From a bacterium (lineage in GTDB: Bacteria; Patescibacteriota; Minisyncoccia; Phycocordibacterales; Zambryskibacteraceae): DNA of 64,000 bases. The stretch is from positions 81,935 to 145,934 of the forward strand of contig JAUSGI010000008.1 in assembly GCA_030649135.1 (NCBI GenBank). The letters run 5' to 3'. Below the pieces are notes generated by a model. It saw nothing but the letters and a program-made list of their open reading frames with translations. It was not told the origin of the DNA and searched no databases. Positions 55,908-64,000 of this stretch are shown here, piece after piece (the first letter of the stretch is position 1; every line of letters begins with the position of its first letter). The translations under genes and the position numbers were made by a program.

Positions 55908-58619
55908 ATGGAAACCAAGTGGCATACACTAGAGCTTTCGGAAATATTTGAGATATTGAAGTCTAGTGAGCACGGACTCTCAAGCGTAGAGGCGGATCGG
56001 CGGCTTGACGAGAACGGACCGAATAAATTACCGGATTCGAAAGCAGATAGCATCGCGTTTATTTTCCTGCGCCAATTTCGAAGTCCCTTGATTTATATCC
56101 TCCTCGCGGCCGCCCTGACGGTTTTTGTCATGGGGGAAACAGTCAACAGTATCGTTATTATGGCGGTGCTTATTGTTAATGCAGTTATCGGCTCCATCCA
56201 GGAGGGACGGGCCCGCAGTACCATACTTGCCCTGAAGCAATTCGTGGAGACAAAAGCGGTTATTCTGCGAGACGGCAAAGAAGTGATTGCCCCCGATACG
56301 CAAGTAGTAGTCGGGGATATCATCTTACTCCAAGAGGGCGACAGAATAGCCGCCGATGCAAGGTTGATAGTCGCCCGGAATCTAAAAATCGACGAATCCT
56401 CTTTGACCGGAGAGTCCGAGGCGGTGCACAAGACAAGTGACACTCTGGTCAAGCCAGACTTGGCGATGATAGGGGAAAGCAATATGGTCTTCAAAGGCAC
56501 CCACATTGTCCTGGGCAATGGCAAAGCAGTTGTGGTAAAAACCGGAGTGGAAACAGTCATCGGTAAAATTGCCAAAGAGGTTCTAACTATCGAGACAGAA
56601 ATTCCACTTCAGACCAATATCCGTTATCTCTCCAGAATAATTATCGCAATTGCTATTGGCGTCAGCACCGCCATCTTTATCCTTGGCAGCTTTTCCGGTC
56701 AATCTACACGAGAAATGTTTTCTCTTGTCGTTTCCATGCTCGTCTCCGTCATACCGGAAGACTTGCCTATTGCCATCACTATAATTTTAGCCGCCGGCGT
56801 CTGGAGAATGAGTAAGAGAAATGCTCTGGTCAAGCGCCTGCAGGCGGTCGAGGCGCTTGGAGAAGCCCGAGTCATCGCGGTAGATAAGACCGGCACTATT
56901 ACCAAAAACGAGATGATGGTCCAGACTATCTATGTGGATGGTAAAACTTTCGAGGTCGGAGGCATCGGGTATGAACCTAAGGGAGATATCAAACTGGAAA
57001 ATCGGATTATAGACCCGCCCAATCATCCGGAACTTTTGCTAGTCGGCAAAATGGCCGCTTTTTGCGCCAATGCTCGGGTCATGTTTCTGGAAAAGACCAA
57101 GGAGTGGAAAATCTCCGGCGATCCGACGGAAGCGGCCATGTTGGTAGTGGCAGAAAAACTTGGATTTAATAAAGATGATTTGGAACGTGAGTCCCCGCTC
57201 ATATCGGAAATTCCTTTCGACTATAAATTGAAATATCACGTGACCGTTCACAAAGACAATAACCAAAACTTTACAACAATCGTGGGGGCGCCGGAAACTA
57301 TCTTGGGAATCTCGAGCAAAGTCTGGCGTAACGGGCAGGCAGAGCAACTCTTACCGGAGGAGAAAGATGAATTGGTATCCATTTTTTCCGGTATTTCGAA
57401 GAGGGGGCTTAGAGTTATCGCGCTTGCCTTAAGCCCACAGGTGTCAGAAAATGTTAATCAAACAGATATTAAACATCTCACTTTTGTCGGGTTCTTGGGC
57501 CTAAAGGATGCCTTACGTCTGGAAGTTAAGGAAGCCACCAAACGCGCGATCTCGGCCGGCATCAGGGTGGTGATGATTACCGGTGACCACCAAAATACTG
57601 CGGAAACCATAGCGAAAGAAGCCGGTATCTACAGGACCGGTGATATCAGTTTGACGGGCGCAGAAATTGATAATCTGTCGGATACCATGCTTAAAGAGCG
57701 CCTGACCAAAACTTCTGTCTTTGCCAGAGTAACGCCGGAGCACAAGCTCCGCATTATCAATGCCTACAAATCGAGAGGAGAGATTGTCGCGATGACGGGT
57801 GACGGAGTAAACGACGCGCCGTCTCTAGTGGCGGCAGACCTCGGAGTGGCGATGGGCAGAGTCGGCACCGAGGTGGCCAAAGAAGCTTCCGATATCATAC
57901 TCTTGGACGATAACTTCGGCAGTATCATTTCCGCCATTGAGGAGGGCAGGAGTATTTATAAAACTATTAAAAAAGTTGTTCTATATCTATTATCCACCAG
58001 TCTCGGAGAGATTTTTGTTATTGCCGGAGCCATCATCGTTGGGCTCCCCCTACCGCTTTTGCCAACACAAATTATCTGGCTGAACTTCGTCACTGACGGA
58101 TTTTTCACCTTGGCGCTCGCCATGGAACCGAGGGAGGAGGGACTATTGCGCGGCAATTTTGAGAAGCCGAAAAAATATTTGGTTGATGCCCTCATGGGAC
58201 GGCGGATGATTGTCATGGCGCTCCCGATGACGATAGCGACGCTCGTGCTGTTTCAAAATTACTTCAATACTGACTTGGCAAAAGCCTGGACAATTTCCCT
58301 CACCCTCCTGGCAGTATTCCAATGGTTCAATGCTTGGAATTGCCGCTCCGAGAGCGAGTCTATCTTCCAGACTAACCCCTTTGAAAATAAGTTCATGGTA
58401 TTTGCCACCTTGGCGGCCTTTTCCTTCCAGTTGCTGGCTGTTTATAATCCCCTGTTCCAAAAATTCTTACATACTGCGCCGCTTGCGCTTTCCGACTGGT
58501 TGGTTATCATTGCCCTTGCTACTTCTATTGTCTTGGTGGAAGAAGTTAGAAAATTTTTATGGCGCAACAAAAAGTCCTCGTTATCCTTGGCCCTACCGCT
58601 TCAGGCAAGTCAGATTTAG
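55908..58619 (+). CDS. P-type cation-transporting ATPase (type IIA, Ca2+-ATPase-like)
   Basis: Phosphorylation site 'DKTGTIT', 'MITGDHQNTA', 'GDGVNDAPSL', and 10 TM helices. Confidence 0.85.
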   Translation: METKWHTLELSEIFEILKSSEHGLSSVEADRRLDENGPNKLPDSKADSIAFIFLRQFRSPLIYILLAAALTVFVMGETVNSIVIMAVLIVNAVIGSIQEGRARSTILALKQFVETKAVILRDGKEVIAPDTQVVVGDIILLQEGDRIAADARLIVARNLKIDESSLTGESEAVHKTSDTLVKPDLAMIGESNMVFKGTHIVLGNGKAVVVKTGVETVIGKIAKEVLTIETEIPLQTNIRYLSRIIIAIAIGVSTAIFILGSFSGQSTREMFSLVVSMLVSVIPEDLPIAITIILAAGVWRMSKRNALVKRLQAVEALGEARVIAVDKTGTITKNEMMVQTIYVDGKTFEVGGIGYEPKGDIKLENRIIDPPNHPELLLVGKMAAFCANARVMFLEKTKEWKISGDPTEAAMLVVAEKLGFNKDDLERESPLISEIPFDYKLKYHVTVHKDNNQNFTTIVGAPETILGISSKVWRNGQAEQLLPEEKDELVSIFSGISKRGLRVIALALSPQVSENVNQTDIKHLTFVGFLGLKDALRLEVKEATKRAISAGIRVVMITGDHQNTAETIAKEAGIYRTGDISLTGAEIDNLSDTMLKERLTKTSVFARVTPEHKLRIINAYKSRGEIVAMTGDGVNDAPSLVAADLGVAMGRVGTEVAKEASDIILLDDNFGSIISAIEEGRSIYKTIKKVVLYLLSTSLGEIFVIAGAIIVGLPLPLLPTQIIWLNFVTDGFFTLALAMEPREEGLLRGNFEKPKKYLVDALMGRRMIVMALPMTIATLVLFQNYFNTDLAKAWTISLTLLAVFQWFNAWNCRSESESIFQTNPFENKFMVFATLAAFSFQLLAVYNPLFQKFLHTAPLALSDWLVIIALATSIVLVEEVRKFLWRNKKSSLSLALPLQASQI

Positions 58620-59449
58620 CCGTTCGATTAGCCAAGAGATTCGGGGGAGAAATAATCTCTGCCGATTCGCGACAAGTATATAAGGGTCTTGATATCGGCA
58701 CCGGCAAGATTACCAAGCAGGAAATGCGGGGAGTCCCCCATCATCTGCTGGATGTGGTAAATCCTCGAAAACAATTCTCGGCATCGAAATACAAAAAACT
58801 AGCTGATGAAAAAGTACGATATATCGCACAAAAGCATAAGTTACCCATTGTGGTAGGAGGGACGGGGTTTTATATTGATGCCTTGACAGGCAGAGCTAAT
58901 TTTCCGGAGGTGGGACCCAATCTTCTATTACGCAAGAAGCTGGAGAAAAAAACTGCGTCTGAACTTTTCCGAATGTTAAATAAAAAGGACCCCCGGAGAG
59001 CTGGAGCAATTGATTTGAGAAATAAAGTACGTGTGATACGGGCATTGGAAATTGTCGAGGCTCTGGGCAAGGTGCCCCAAGCTAGCCCCAAGCCCCTAGA
59101 ACCTAGCCCCTTTATCTACATCGGCCTCAAACCGGATAATCTTGACGGGAGAATTCATAAGAGACTAATAGAGAGGCTTGATGGGATGATTCGCGAGGGC
59201 AAAAAACTCCACACTCAAGGACTCACCTACAAGCGCATGCACCAGCTCGGGCTGGAATATAGATATGTTGGTATGTACCTACAAGGCAAGCTCTCACGGG
59301 AAGAAATGGTTGATAAGTTATATATTGAAATAAAACGTTACGCCAAGCGCCAAATGACTTGGTTCAAACGCAATAAAAAGATTAGGTGGTTTAAACCGGA
59401 GGAATACAAAAAGATAGAAAGATTAGTAAATGTTCAGCTAAACACCTAA
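58559..59449 (+). CDS. miaA: tRNA dimethylallyltransferase
   Basis: P-loop 'GPTASGKS', 'ISADSRQVYKGLDIGT' and 'VGGTGFY'. Its start overlaps the ATPase 3' end by 61 nt in another frame. Confidence 0.85.
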   Translation: MAQQKVLVILGPTASGKSDLAVRLAKRFGGEIISADSRQVYKGLDIGTGKITKQEMRGVPHHLLDVVNPRKQFSASKYKKLADEKVRYIAQKHKLPIVVGGTGFYIDALTGRANFPEVGPNLLLRKKLEKKTASELFRMLNKKDPRRAGAIDLRNKVRVIRALEIVEALGKVPQASPKPLEPSPFIYIGLKPDNLDGRIHKRLIERLDGMIREGKKLHTQGLTYKRMHQLGLEYRYVGMYLQGKLSREEMVDKLYIEIKRYAKRQMTWFKRNKKIRWFKPEEYKKIERLVNVQLNT

Positions 59450-59842
59450 AAACTTTCGAATTTCAGCTATGGCTAGCATGTCATGGTCAATCATCTGGAG
59501 ATTTCCTAAATCATCAAACTTCCGCCAACTCTTGCCTTGACCCTCATGCTGTATAAGCGGCTGTGAAGAATCGTATTCCTCAACAAAAACGTACTTGATA
59601 TTTTCATCTTCCTTCCAATTAAATTTCTGAACTAACACCCGAACTGGCTTAGATACTTTATATTCTAGTTCTTCAAAAATTTCTCGCTCTAAAGCCGCCT
59701 CTGGAGTTTCCCCTTTCTCTATCCCTCCCCCAAAGAAACCCCAGTAGTTAGGAAGTCTTTTCGCATCCTCGTCTCTATGTTGAAGAAGGATTTCCTTATC
59801 CTTATTGTATAAGGCCAATACTGAAATATTTCTTACTGCCAT
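59438..59842 (-). CDS. NUDIX hydrolase
   Basis: Nudix box 'GGGIEKGETPEAALEREIFEELE'. Confidence 0.8.
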   Translation of the reverse strand: MAVRNISVLALYNKDKEILLQHRDEDAKRLPNYWGFFGGGIEKGETPEAALEREIFEELEYKVSKPVRVLVQKFNWKEDENIKYVFVEEYDSSQPLIQHEGQGKSWRKFDDLGNLQMIDHDMLAIAEIRKFLGV

Positions 59843-59845
59843 ATG

Positions 59846-59916
59846 CGGGCGATCGAGGAATCGAACCTCGGATAGCAGATTTGGAGGCCGCAGTTATACC
59901 ACTTAACTAATCGCCC
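59846..59916 (-). tRNA. tRNA-Trp (anticodon CCA)
   Basis: Hand fold. Acceptor GGGCGAT/ATCGCCC, D-stem GTTA/TAAC, anticodon loop CTCCAAA, T-arm CGAGG-TTCGATT-CCTCG. There is one mismatch at the 31:39 pair. No CCA is encoded. Confidence 0.7.
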
Positions 59917-59939
59917 TTCGAGGGCTATATTAGCACAGA

Positions 59940-60113
59940 CTAAGCTTTCTTCTCCTTATAAACCGTGTGTTTGCGGACGATGGGGTTATATTTTTTAAAC
60001 TCGAGTTTACGCTCTACGGATTTGCGATTTTTGCGAGAATAATAGGTGTGGCCTTTGCCGGCACCCTTTTCGTCCCCTACCGAGACTAGCTTGATGAGAT
60101 GATTCTGCGACAT
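59940..60113 (-). CDS. rpmG: 50S ribosomal protein L33
   Basis: Not in the supplied ORF track because it is under 60 aa. Translation is 'MSQNHLIKLVSVGDEKGAGKGHTYYSRKNRKSVERKLEFKKYNPIVRKHTVYKEKKA'. The pattern 'Y.T.KNKR...ERLELKKY.P..RKH..YKE' matches L33. Confidence 0.75.
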   Translation of the reverse strand: MSQNHLIKLVSVGDEKGAGKGHTYYSRKNRKSVERKLEFKKYNPIVRKHTVYKEKKA

Positions 60114-60226
60114 ACTAGACGGCTATTCGGCAATATAAACCTCTGACCCTTCTTTGGCTGGTTGACAGCCACAGAAAGCTTGTCGTACCAGTGCATCACC
60201 TTGCCAATCGGATTGTCTTTTGACAT
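60086..60226 (-). CDS. Possible small ORF (46 aa) overlapping the rpmG start; function unknown
   Basis: Translation is 'MSKDNPIGKVMHWYDKLSVAVNQPKKGQRFILPNSRLV...'. No SD checked and no family recognised. It may be spurious. Confidence 0.2.
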   Translation of the reverse strand: MSKDNPIGKVMHWYDKLSVAVNQPKKGQRFILPNSRLVCRRIISSS

Positions 60227-60296
60227 GACAATATATGTTACACCATTTATTAGATTTTGCAACTGTCTATAGTGACGATTATGGTATACTTGTAGA

Positions 60297-60581
60297 ATGC
60301 TTACTCCTCAATATTTTGTTCGTGGTTTGACACTGGGTATCGGACTAATCTATCTGATCATTGGGATAGCGAGTTTGCCGTTTACTCTTATGGCAGTAGA
60401 TCCCTCGCCGGATGGTTGGCCGGCTTTTCGTCCGTCAGTTCATCCAATAATACTAGTGCTATTCACATTGTCATTTATTTCAGCTTCAATAATCTTAATC
60501 AGACCGAGTTCCCCATCTAGACTTCGTCGGATATCTTTCTATCTCCCGTTAATAATTACTATCCTGATGTTATGGAAATAA
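60297..60581 (+). CDS. Hypothetical small membrane protein
   Basis: 94 aa with 2-3 TM helices. Confidence 0.4.
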   Translation: MLTPQYFVRGLTLGIGLIYLIIGIASLPFTLMAVDPSPDGWPAFRPSVHPIILVLFTLSFISASIILIRPSSPSRLRRISFYLPLIITILMLWK

Positions 60582-60750
60582 CTTTGGACCAGCTAGCTTG
60601 CCTTAGGCAGATTTTTTAATTAACTTAAAAACAAAAGACGCCCACCCCGCCTCCAGCACGATGCTGAGGGGAAATGAACGAAATCAATATAAAAGTAATT
60701 AGTGTGCCTGGCCGGGGTCTCTCGCGACTCTTCCAGATTCGTCCCTTTAA

Positions 60751-61170
60751 CTATGCCTCCGGAGTCTTGATTGGTACTGGTAAGCCAAACTTTCTGTGAT
60801 AGTCGAGGTCTTCAGCTTCGTAATCGAAAGTTAACTCTTCTCCTTCCGGAATATCATGGGCGGCAATATCAGAATAAATTCCATTTTCTAGAGAACCATT
60901 TGTAATGTTTGGTTCTTTCGAGTGATTGACAAATCGAGCATCATCAAAACATAGAATGTAAATGTCTGGCTTTTCTTTATCAATATAAGAATAGTTTAGA
61001 ATTTGCTCGCGACTATATTCAGAGAGGGCAACTAGATCTTCTTTCTTCAACTCTAAATCAAGGCCTGGAGTAAACTTCCAAGTAGGCGTGCCCTTTTTGA
61101 CGAACTCCGCAGCAAATAATCCAATACCGTTAATTTTACTTGGACCAATTCTTGTTTTAACGAGTAGCAT
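60751..61170 (-). CDS. SET-domain protein (putative protein-lysine methyltransferase)
   Basis: 'GIGLFA', 'FVNHSKEPN' (the NHSxxPN motif) and 'ELTFDY' (the ELxFDY motif). The start is the internal ATG 'MLLVKTR'. The supplied ORF's extended N-terminus is rejected because it overlaps tRNA-Tyr. Confidence 0.7.
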   Translation of the reverse strand: MLLVKTRIGPSKINGIGLFAAEFVKKGTPTWKFTPGLDLELKKEDLVALSEYSREQILNYSYIDKEKPDIYILCFDDARFVNHSKEPNITNGSLENGIYSDIAAHDIPEGEELTFDYEAEDLDYHRKFGLPVPIKTPEA

Positions 61171-61186
61171 ATAACATATTTTATAC

Positions 61187-61273
61187 TGGTGCGCCGGGCA
61201 GGATTCGAACCTGCGTAGACCAAAGGTCGAGGGATTTACAGTCCCTTGCGATTGACCGCTCCGCCACCGACGC
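61187..61273 (-). tRNA. tRNA-Tyr (anticodon GTA)
   Basis: Hand fold. Acceptor GCGTCGG/CCGGCGC with one G-U pair, anticodon loop CTGTAAA, long variable arm, T-arm CAGGTTCGAATCCTG, CCA encoded. Confidence 0.75.
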
Positions 61274-61281
61274 AATAACCA

Positions 61282-61521
61282 TCAATTTATCAGTTTTTTC
61301 AAACCATTGCCACCTTTGTAAGATTTGATCTTCTTTTCTCTCTCAAAAGCTTCTTGTTGTCCCTCGAACAATTCCAAATGGACTATTTCCCACGGACAGC
61401 CAAGTTTTGTAGATAAATTTTGACCTTTATTATGTTCCTTCAGCCTCCTTTTATAATTATTTGAGCACCCTATATAATATTTTCTATTCTTTTTGCTCTG
61501 AAGAATATATACATGCCACAT
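61282..61521 (-). CDS. GIY-YIG nuclease-superfamily small protein (YhbQ/UPF0213-like)
   Basis: 'WHVYILQS...KYYIGCSNN...RRLKEHN' matches the GIY-YIG core. Confidence 0.7.
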   Translation of the reverse strand: MWHVYILQSKKNRKYYIGCSNNYKRRLKEHNKGQNLSTKLGCPWEIVHLELFEGQQEAFEREKKIKSYKGGNGLKKLIN

Positions 61522-61538
61522 GTCCGTGCGATTGATTC

Positions 61539-61588
61539 CGCCCCGCCTCGGCGGGGCAAGCTCCGCCTTTACCCCGCTGTGGCGGGGA
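61539..61588. repeat. Two tandem REP-like palindromes (CCGCCCCGCC-TC-GGCGGGGC and ACCCCGC-TGT-GGCGGGGA) between the GIY-YIG gene and clpB
   Basis: The first copy carries the 'ggcggggcaagct' flank, identical to the groES-internal copy. On the minus strand the pair would act as a terminator for clpB. Confidence 0.65.
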
Positions 61589-61641
61589 CCGACACGATGG
61601 GGCTATTCTAATCGAAATCTGACGGACTTGCAAAAATACTT

Positions 61642-64000
61642 CTATTTCAGCGCAGGTTCTCTGCTTGATACAACTGTACTCACATGACCCGAGCGTTTGC
61701 TCCTCTTAATATCGAAAGTAAATTGGCCATCTTTCACATCAACCGAAACCGTACCACCGGAAAGCACTTTATTGGATATCATCATGGAAGCCACCGGGTT
61801 CAGAATTTTTTCCTGAATCAGACGCTTCAGGGGTCTTGCTCCGTACTGTGGATTATAACCTTCTGCGGCCAAGAGTTCCGACACCGACTCCATGACCGAA
61901 AGGTTGATTTCCTTTTCTGCGAGACGCTTCTTAATGATATCGATTTGGATATTAACAATTTCTTTGATTGCCTCCTTGGAGAGTATGTCGAAGATAATAA
62001 TATCGTCAAGACGGTTGAGAAATTCCGGTCGGAAATGCTCTTTGAGGGTCGAGAGCACTTTCTCTTTAACACCCTCGTAAGTTTCCTTCTCGCCACTGTT
62101 GAAGCCGATGGATTGCATCTTGTCTATGTATTGGGCACCAATGTTTGAGGTCATGATGATGACCGTGTTTTTGAAATTAATAACCCTACCCTTGGCATCG
62201 GTCAGACGACCATTATCGAGGATTTGCAATAAAATGTTAAACACCTCCGGATGCGCCTTCTCAATCTCATCGAAAAGGATGACCGAATATGGCCTGTGTC
62301 GCACAGACTCGGCAAAACTGGAACCTTCTTCGAAGCCGACGTATCCCGGTGGCGCGCCAATCAGTTTGGAGACGGAATGCTTTTCCATAAACTCCGACAT
62401 ATCTACGCGGATGAGTGCCCGTTCATCGTCAAACATAAATTCCGCCAAGGCCTTAGTCAGCTCGGTCTTACCCACCCCAGTCGGACCAAGAAAGATGAAA
62501 GAACCGATAGGACGATTGGGGTCGGAGATACCGGCGCGCGAACGCTTGACGGTGTCAGCAATCTTTTTGACTGCCTCGCCTTGACCGACAATACGCTTCT
62601 TGAGGAATTCTTCCATTCGGGAAAGTTTGGCCGCTTCTTCTTCAAGCATTCTGGAAACCGGGATACCGGTCCACCGACTGACTACCAGCGCGATATCGGG
62701 TGCGGTAATTTCTTCTTTCAGAATGCTCCTGGAACTTTGAAGTTTTTTCAGACGCTTGGCTTTGGCTTCTAATTCTTTCTCCAGACCCGGTATCTGGCCG
62801 TATCGAAGTTCCGCCGCGCGGGAAAGGTCGGCGCGTGCCTCCGCCGCTTCGGCCTCAAGTCGCAGAGTTCCCAGAGTTTTTTTAATCTCCTTGATTTCCC
62901 CTACCGTTTCTTTCTCATTTTTCCACTTCAACTCTATCTCCGAAGTCTTCTCGCGCAAATCGGCAATATCTTTGTCAATAACTTTCAGTCGTGCTTTCAC
63001 TTTAGGGTTCCCGGACTCTTTCTTAAGTGCTTCCTTCTCGATATCTAACTTCATAATCTTGGAGTGGGCATCCTGAAGCACCGGCGGCATATTCTCGAGA
63101 GAAATTTTGAGAAACGAAGATGCCTCGTCTATAAGGTCTACCGCTTTATCCGGCAAAAACCTGTCAGTGATATAACGCGAAGAGAGATTAACGGCTGCTT
63201 GGATAGAATCATCGGTAATACGCACCCCATGATAGAGTTCGTACCTTTCTTTCAATCCACGCAAGATGGTCACGGCATCATCGATAGAAGGTTCCTGAAC
63301 ATAAACGGGCTGGAAACGGCGGGTCAAAGCCGGGTCTTTCTCGATATGTTTCTGATATTCACGCAGAGTTGTGGCACCAATAGCCCGTAGTTCCCCTCGA
63401 GCGAGTGAAGGTTTGAGCATATTGGAGGCATCCATAGCCCCTTCCGCGGCACCGGCGCCGACGATGGTATGAATTTCATCTATAAACAGAACAATTTTGC
63501 CTTCCGATTTTTCGATTTCTTTAATGATATTTTTGAGCCGCTCTTCAAATTCGCCGCGGTACTTGGTGCCGGCAATCAAGAGTCCGATATCGAGAGACAC
63601 CAATTCCTTATCCCGCAGAGATTCCGGGACGTTGCCGCTTGCCATGCGTAGTGCCAGTCCTTCGGCAATGGCAGTCTTACCGACGCCCGCTTCACCGATG
63701 AGAATCGGATTATTTTTGGTACGGCGGGAAAGAATTTGGATAATGCGCGAGATTTCATCATCGCGACCAATAACCGGGTCGAGTTTATTTGCCTTGGCAA
63801 GCATGGTTAGGGAACGGGTGTATTTGGAAAGAGATTTATATTTCTTCGATTCTTTCGGCTCGGTGGGGCTGGTCTTTTTCAGTTCCTCAAGCACCTTTAG
63901 AATTGTTTGTCTGTCGATTTTAAATTTTAAAAGAAGTTCACGCGCTTCTCCCGGAACATCGAGTACCGCGATAAATAGATGCTCGGTGGAAACAAATTCA
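61642..64000 (-). CDS. clpB: Chaperone ClpB (5' end beyond the window edge)
   Basis: D1 Walker A '[10 protein letters not shown]', Walker B '[12 protein letters not shown]', a long middle coiled coil and D2 '[14 protein letters not shown]'. The frame stays open upstream of the annotated GTG to the window end, with N-domain-like '...[10 protein letters not shown]...'. Confidence 0.9.
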   Translation of the reverse strand, partial: EFVSTEHLFIAVLDVPGEARELLLKFKIDRQTILKVLEELKKTSPTEPKESKKYKSLSKYTRSLTMLAKANKLDPVIGRDDEISRIIQILSRRTKNNPILIGEAGVGKTAIAEGLALRMASGNVPESLRDKELVSLDIGLLIAGTKYRGEFEERLKNIIKEIEKSEGKIVLFIDEIHTIVGAGAAEGAMDASNMLKPSLARGELRAIGATTLREYQKHIEKDPALTRRFQPVYVQEPSIDDAVTILRGLKERYELYHGVRITDDSIQAAVNLSSRYITDRFLPDKAVDLIDEASSFLKISLENMPPVLQDAHSKIMKLDIEKEALKKESGNPKVKARLKVIDKDIADLREKTSEIELKWKNEKETVGEIKEIKKTLGTLRLEAEAAEARADLSRAAELRYGQIPGLEKELEAKAKRLKKLQSSRSILKEEITAPDIALVVSRWTGIPVSRMLEEEAAKLSRMEEFLKKRIVGQGEAVKKIADTVKRSRAGISDPNRPIGSFIFLGPTGVGKTELTKALAEFMFDDERALIRVDMSEFMEKHSVSKLIGAPPGYVGFEEGSSFAESVRHRPYSVILFDEIEKAHPEVFNILLQILDNGRLTDAKGRVINFKNTVIIMTSNIGAQYIDKMQSIGFNSGEKETYEGVKEKVLSTLKEHFRPEFLNRLDDIIIFDILSKEAIKEIVNIQIDIIKKRLAEKEINLSVMESVSELLAAEGYNPQYGARPLKRLIQEKILNPVASMMISNKVLSGGTVSVDVKDGQFTFDIKRSKRSGHVSTVVSSREPALK

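Noticed and set aside
60751-61275. Extended N-terminus (MRRWRSGQSQG...) of the SET-domain ORF
   Set aside because: The extension overlaps tRNA-Tyr (61187-61273) on the same strand. The protein is trimmed to the internal ATG at 61170.

Overview
This 64-kb window looks like part of a small, gene-dense bacterial genome of the Candidate Phyla Radiation (Patescibacteria) type. That placement is an inference from gene content: a short EF-Ts, a split transketolase, a GroES carrying an extension, many small membrane proteins, and a core GC of roughly 45-48%. The core genes cover translation (tsf, rpsB, prmC, prfA, rpmE, rplY, rpmG, serS, miaA, dus and six tRNAs), a pentose-phosphate/glycolysis block (fba, a PfkB kinase, tktB, an HD hydrolase, tktA, rpe, rpiB, gap), groESL, secG, an oligopeptide-type solute-binding protein, rnj, pyrG, ftsEX, ftsQ, dnaX, dprA, topA, rel, parB, a Ca-type P-type ATPase, and clpB, whose 5' end runs off the window. 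Several unusual layers sit on top of this core. (1) A family of short GC-rich palindromes (CCCCGCC-N3-6-GGCGGGG, often with a GGCGGGGCAAGCT flank) forms intergenic terminators, sits in-frame inside the groES and dus coding sequences, and riddles a broken tRNA-Gln(UUG) copy that has an intact tRNA-Gln(CUG) nested inside it. (2) Four high-GC (~56-60%) islets carry small orphan genes, each with its own promoter, strong SD and hairpin terminator; the largest spans 24.12-26.06 kb with four genes. (3) A tRNA-Leu(CAA) is followed directly by a free-standing double-motif LAGLIDADG homing endonuclease and a GC-rich islet. (4) A membrane-anchored Clp/Hsp100-like ATPase has a degenerate first AAA module. 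(5) A plastocyanin-like blue-copper protein lies directly behind ftsEX. (6) A MurF N-terminal fragment sits beside ftsQ, a SET-domain protein and a GIY-YIG protein flank tRNA-Tyr, and an HD (SpoT-like) fragment lies elsewhere. I found no CRISPR array and no rRNA.
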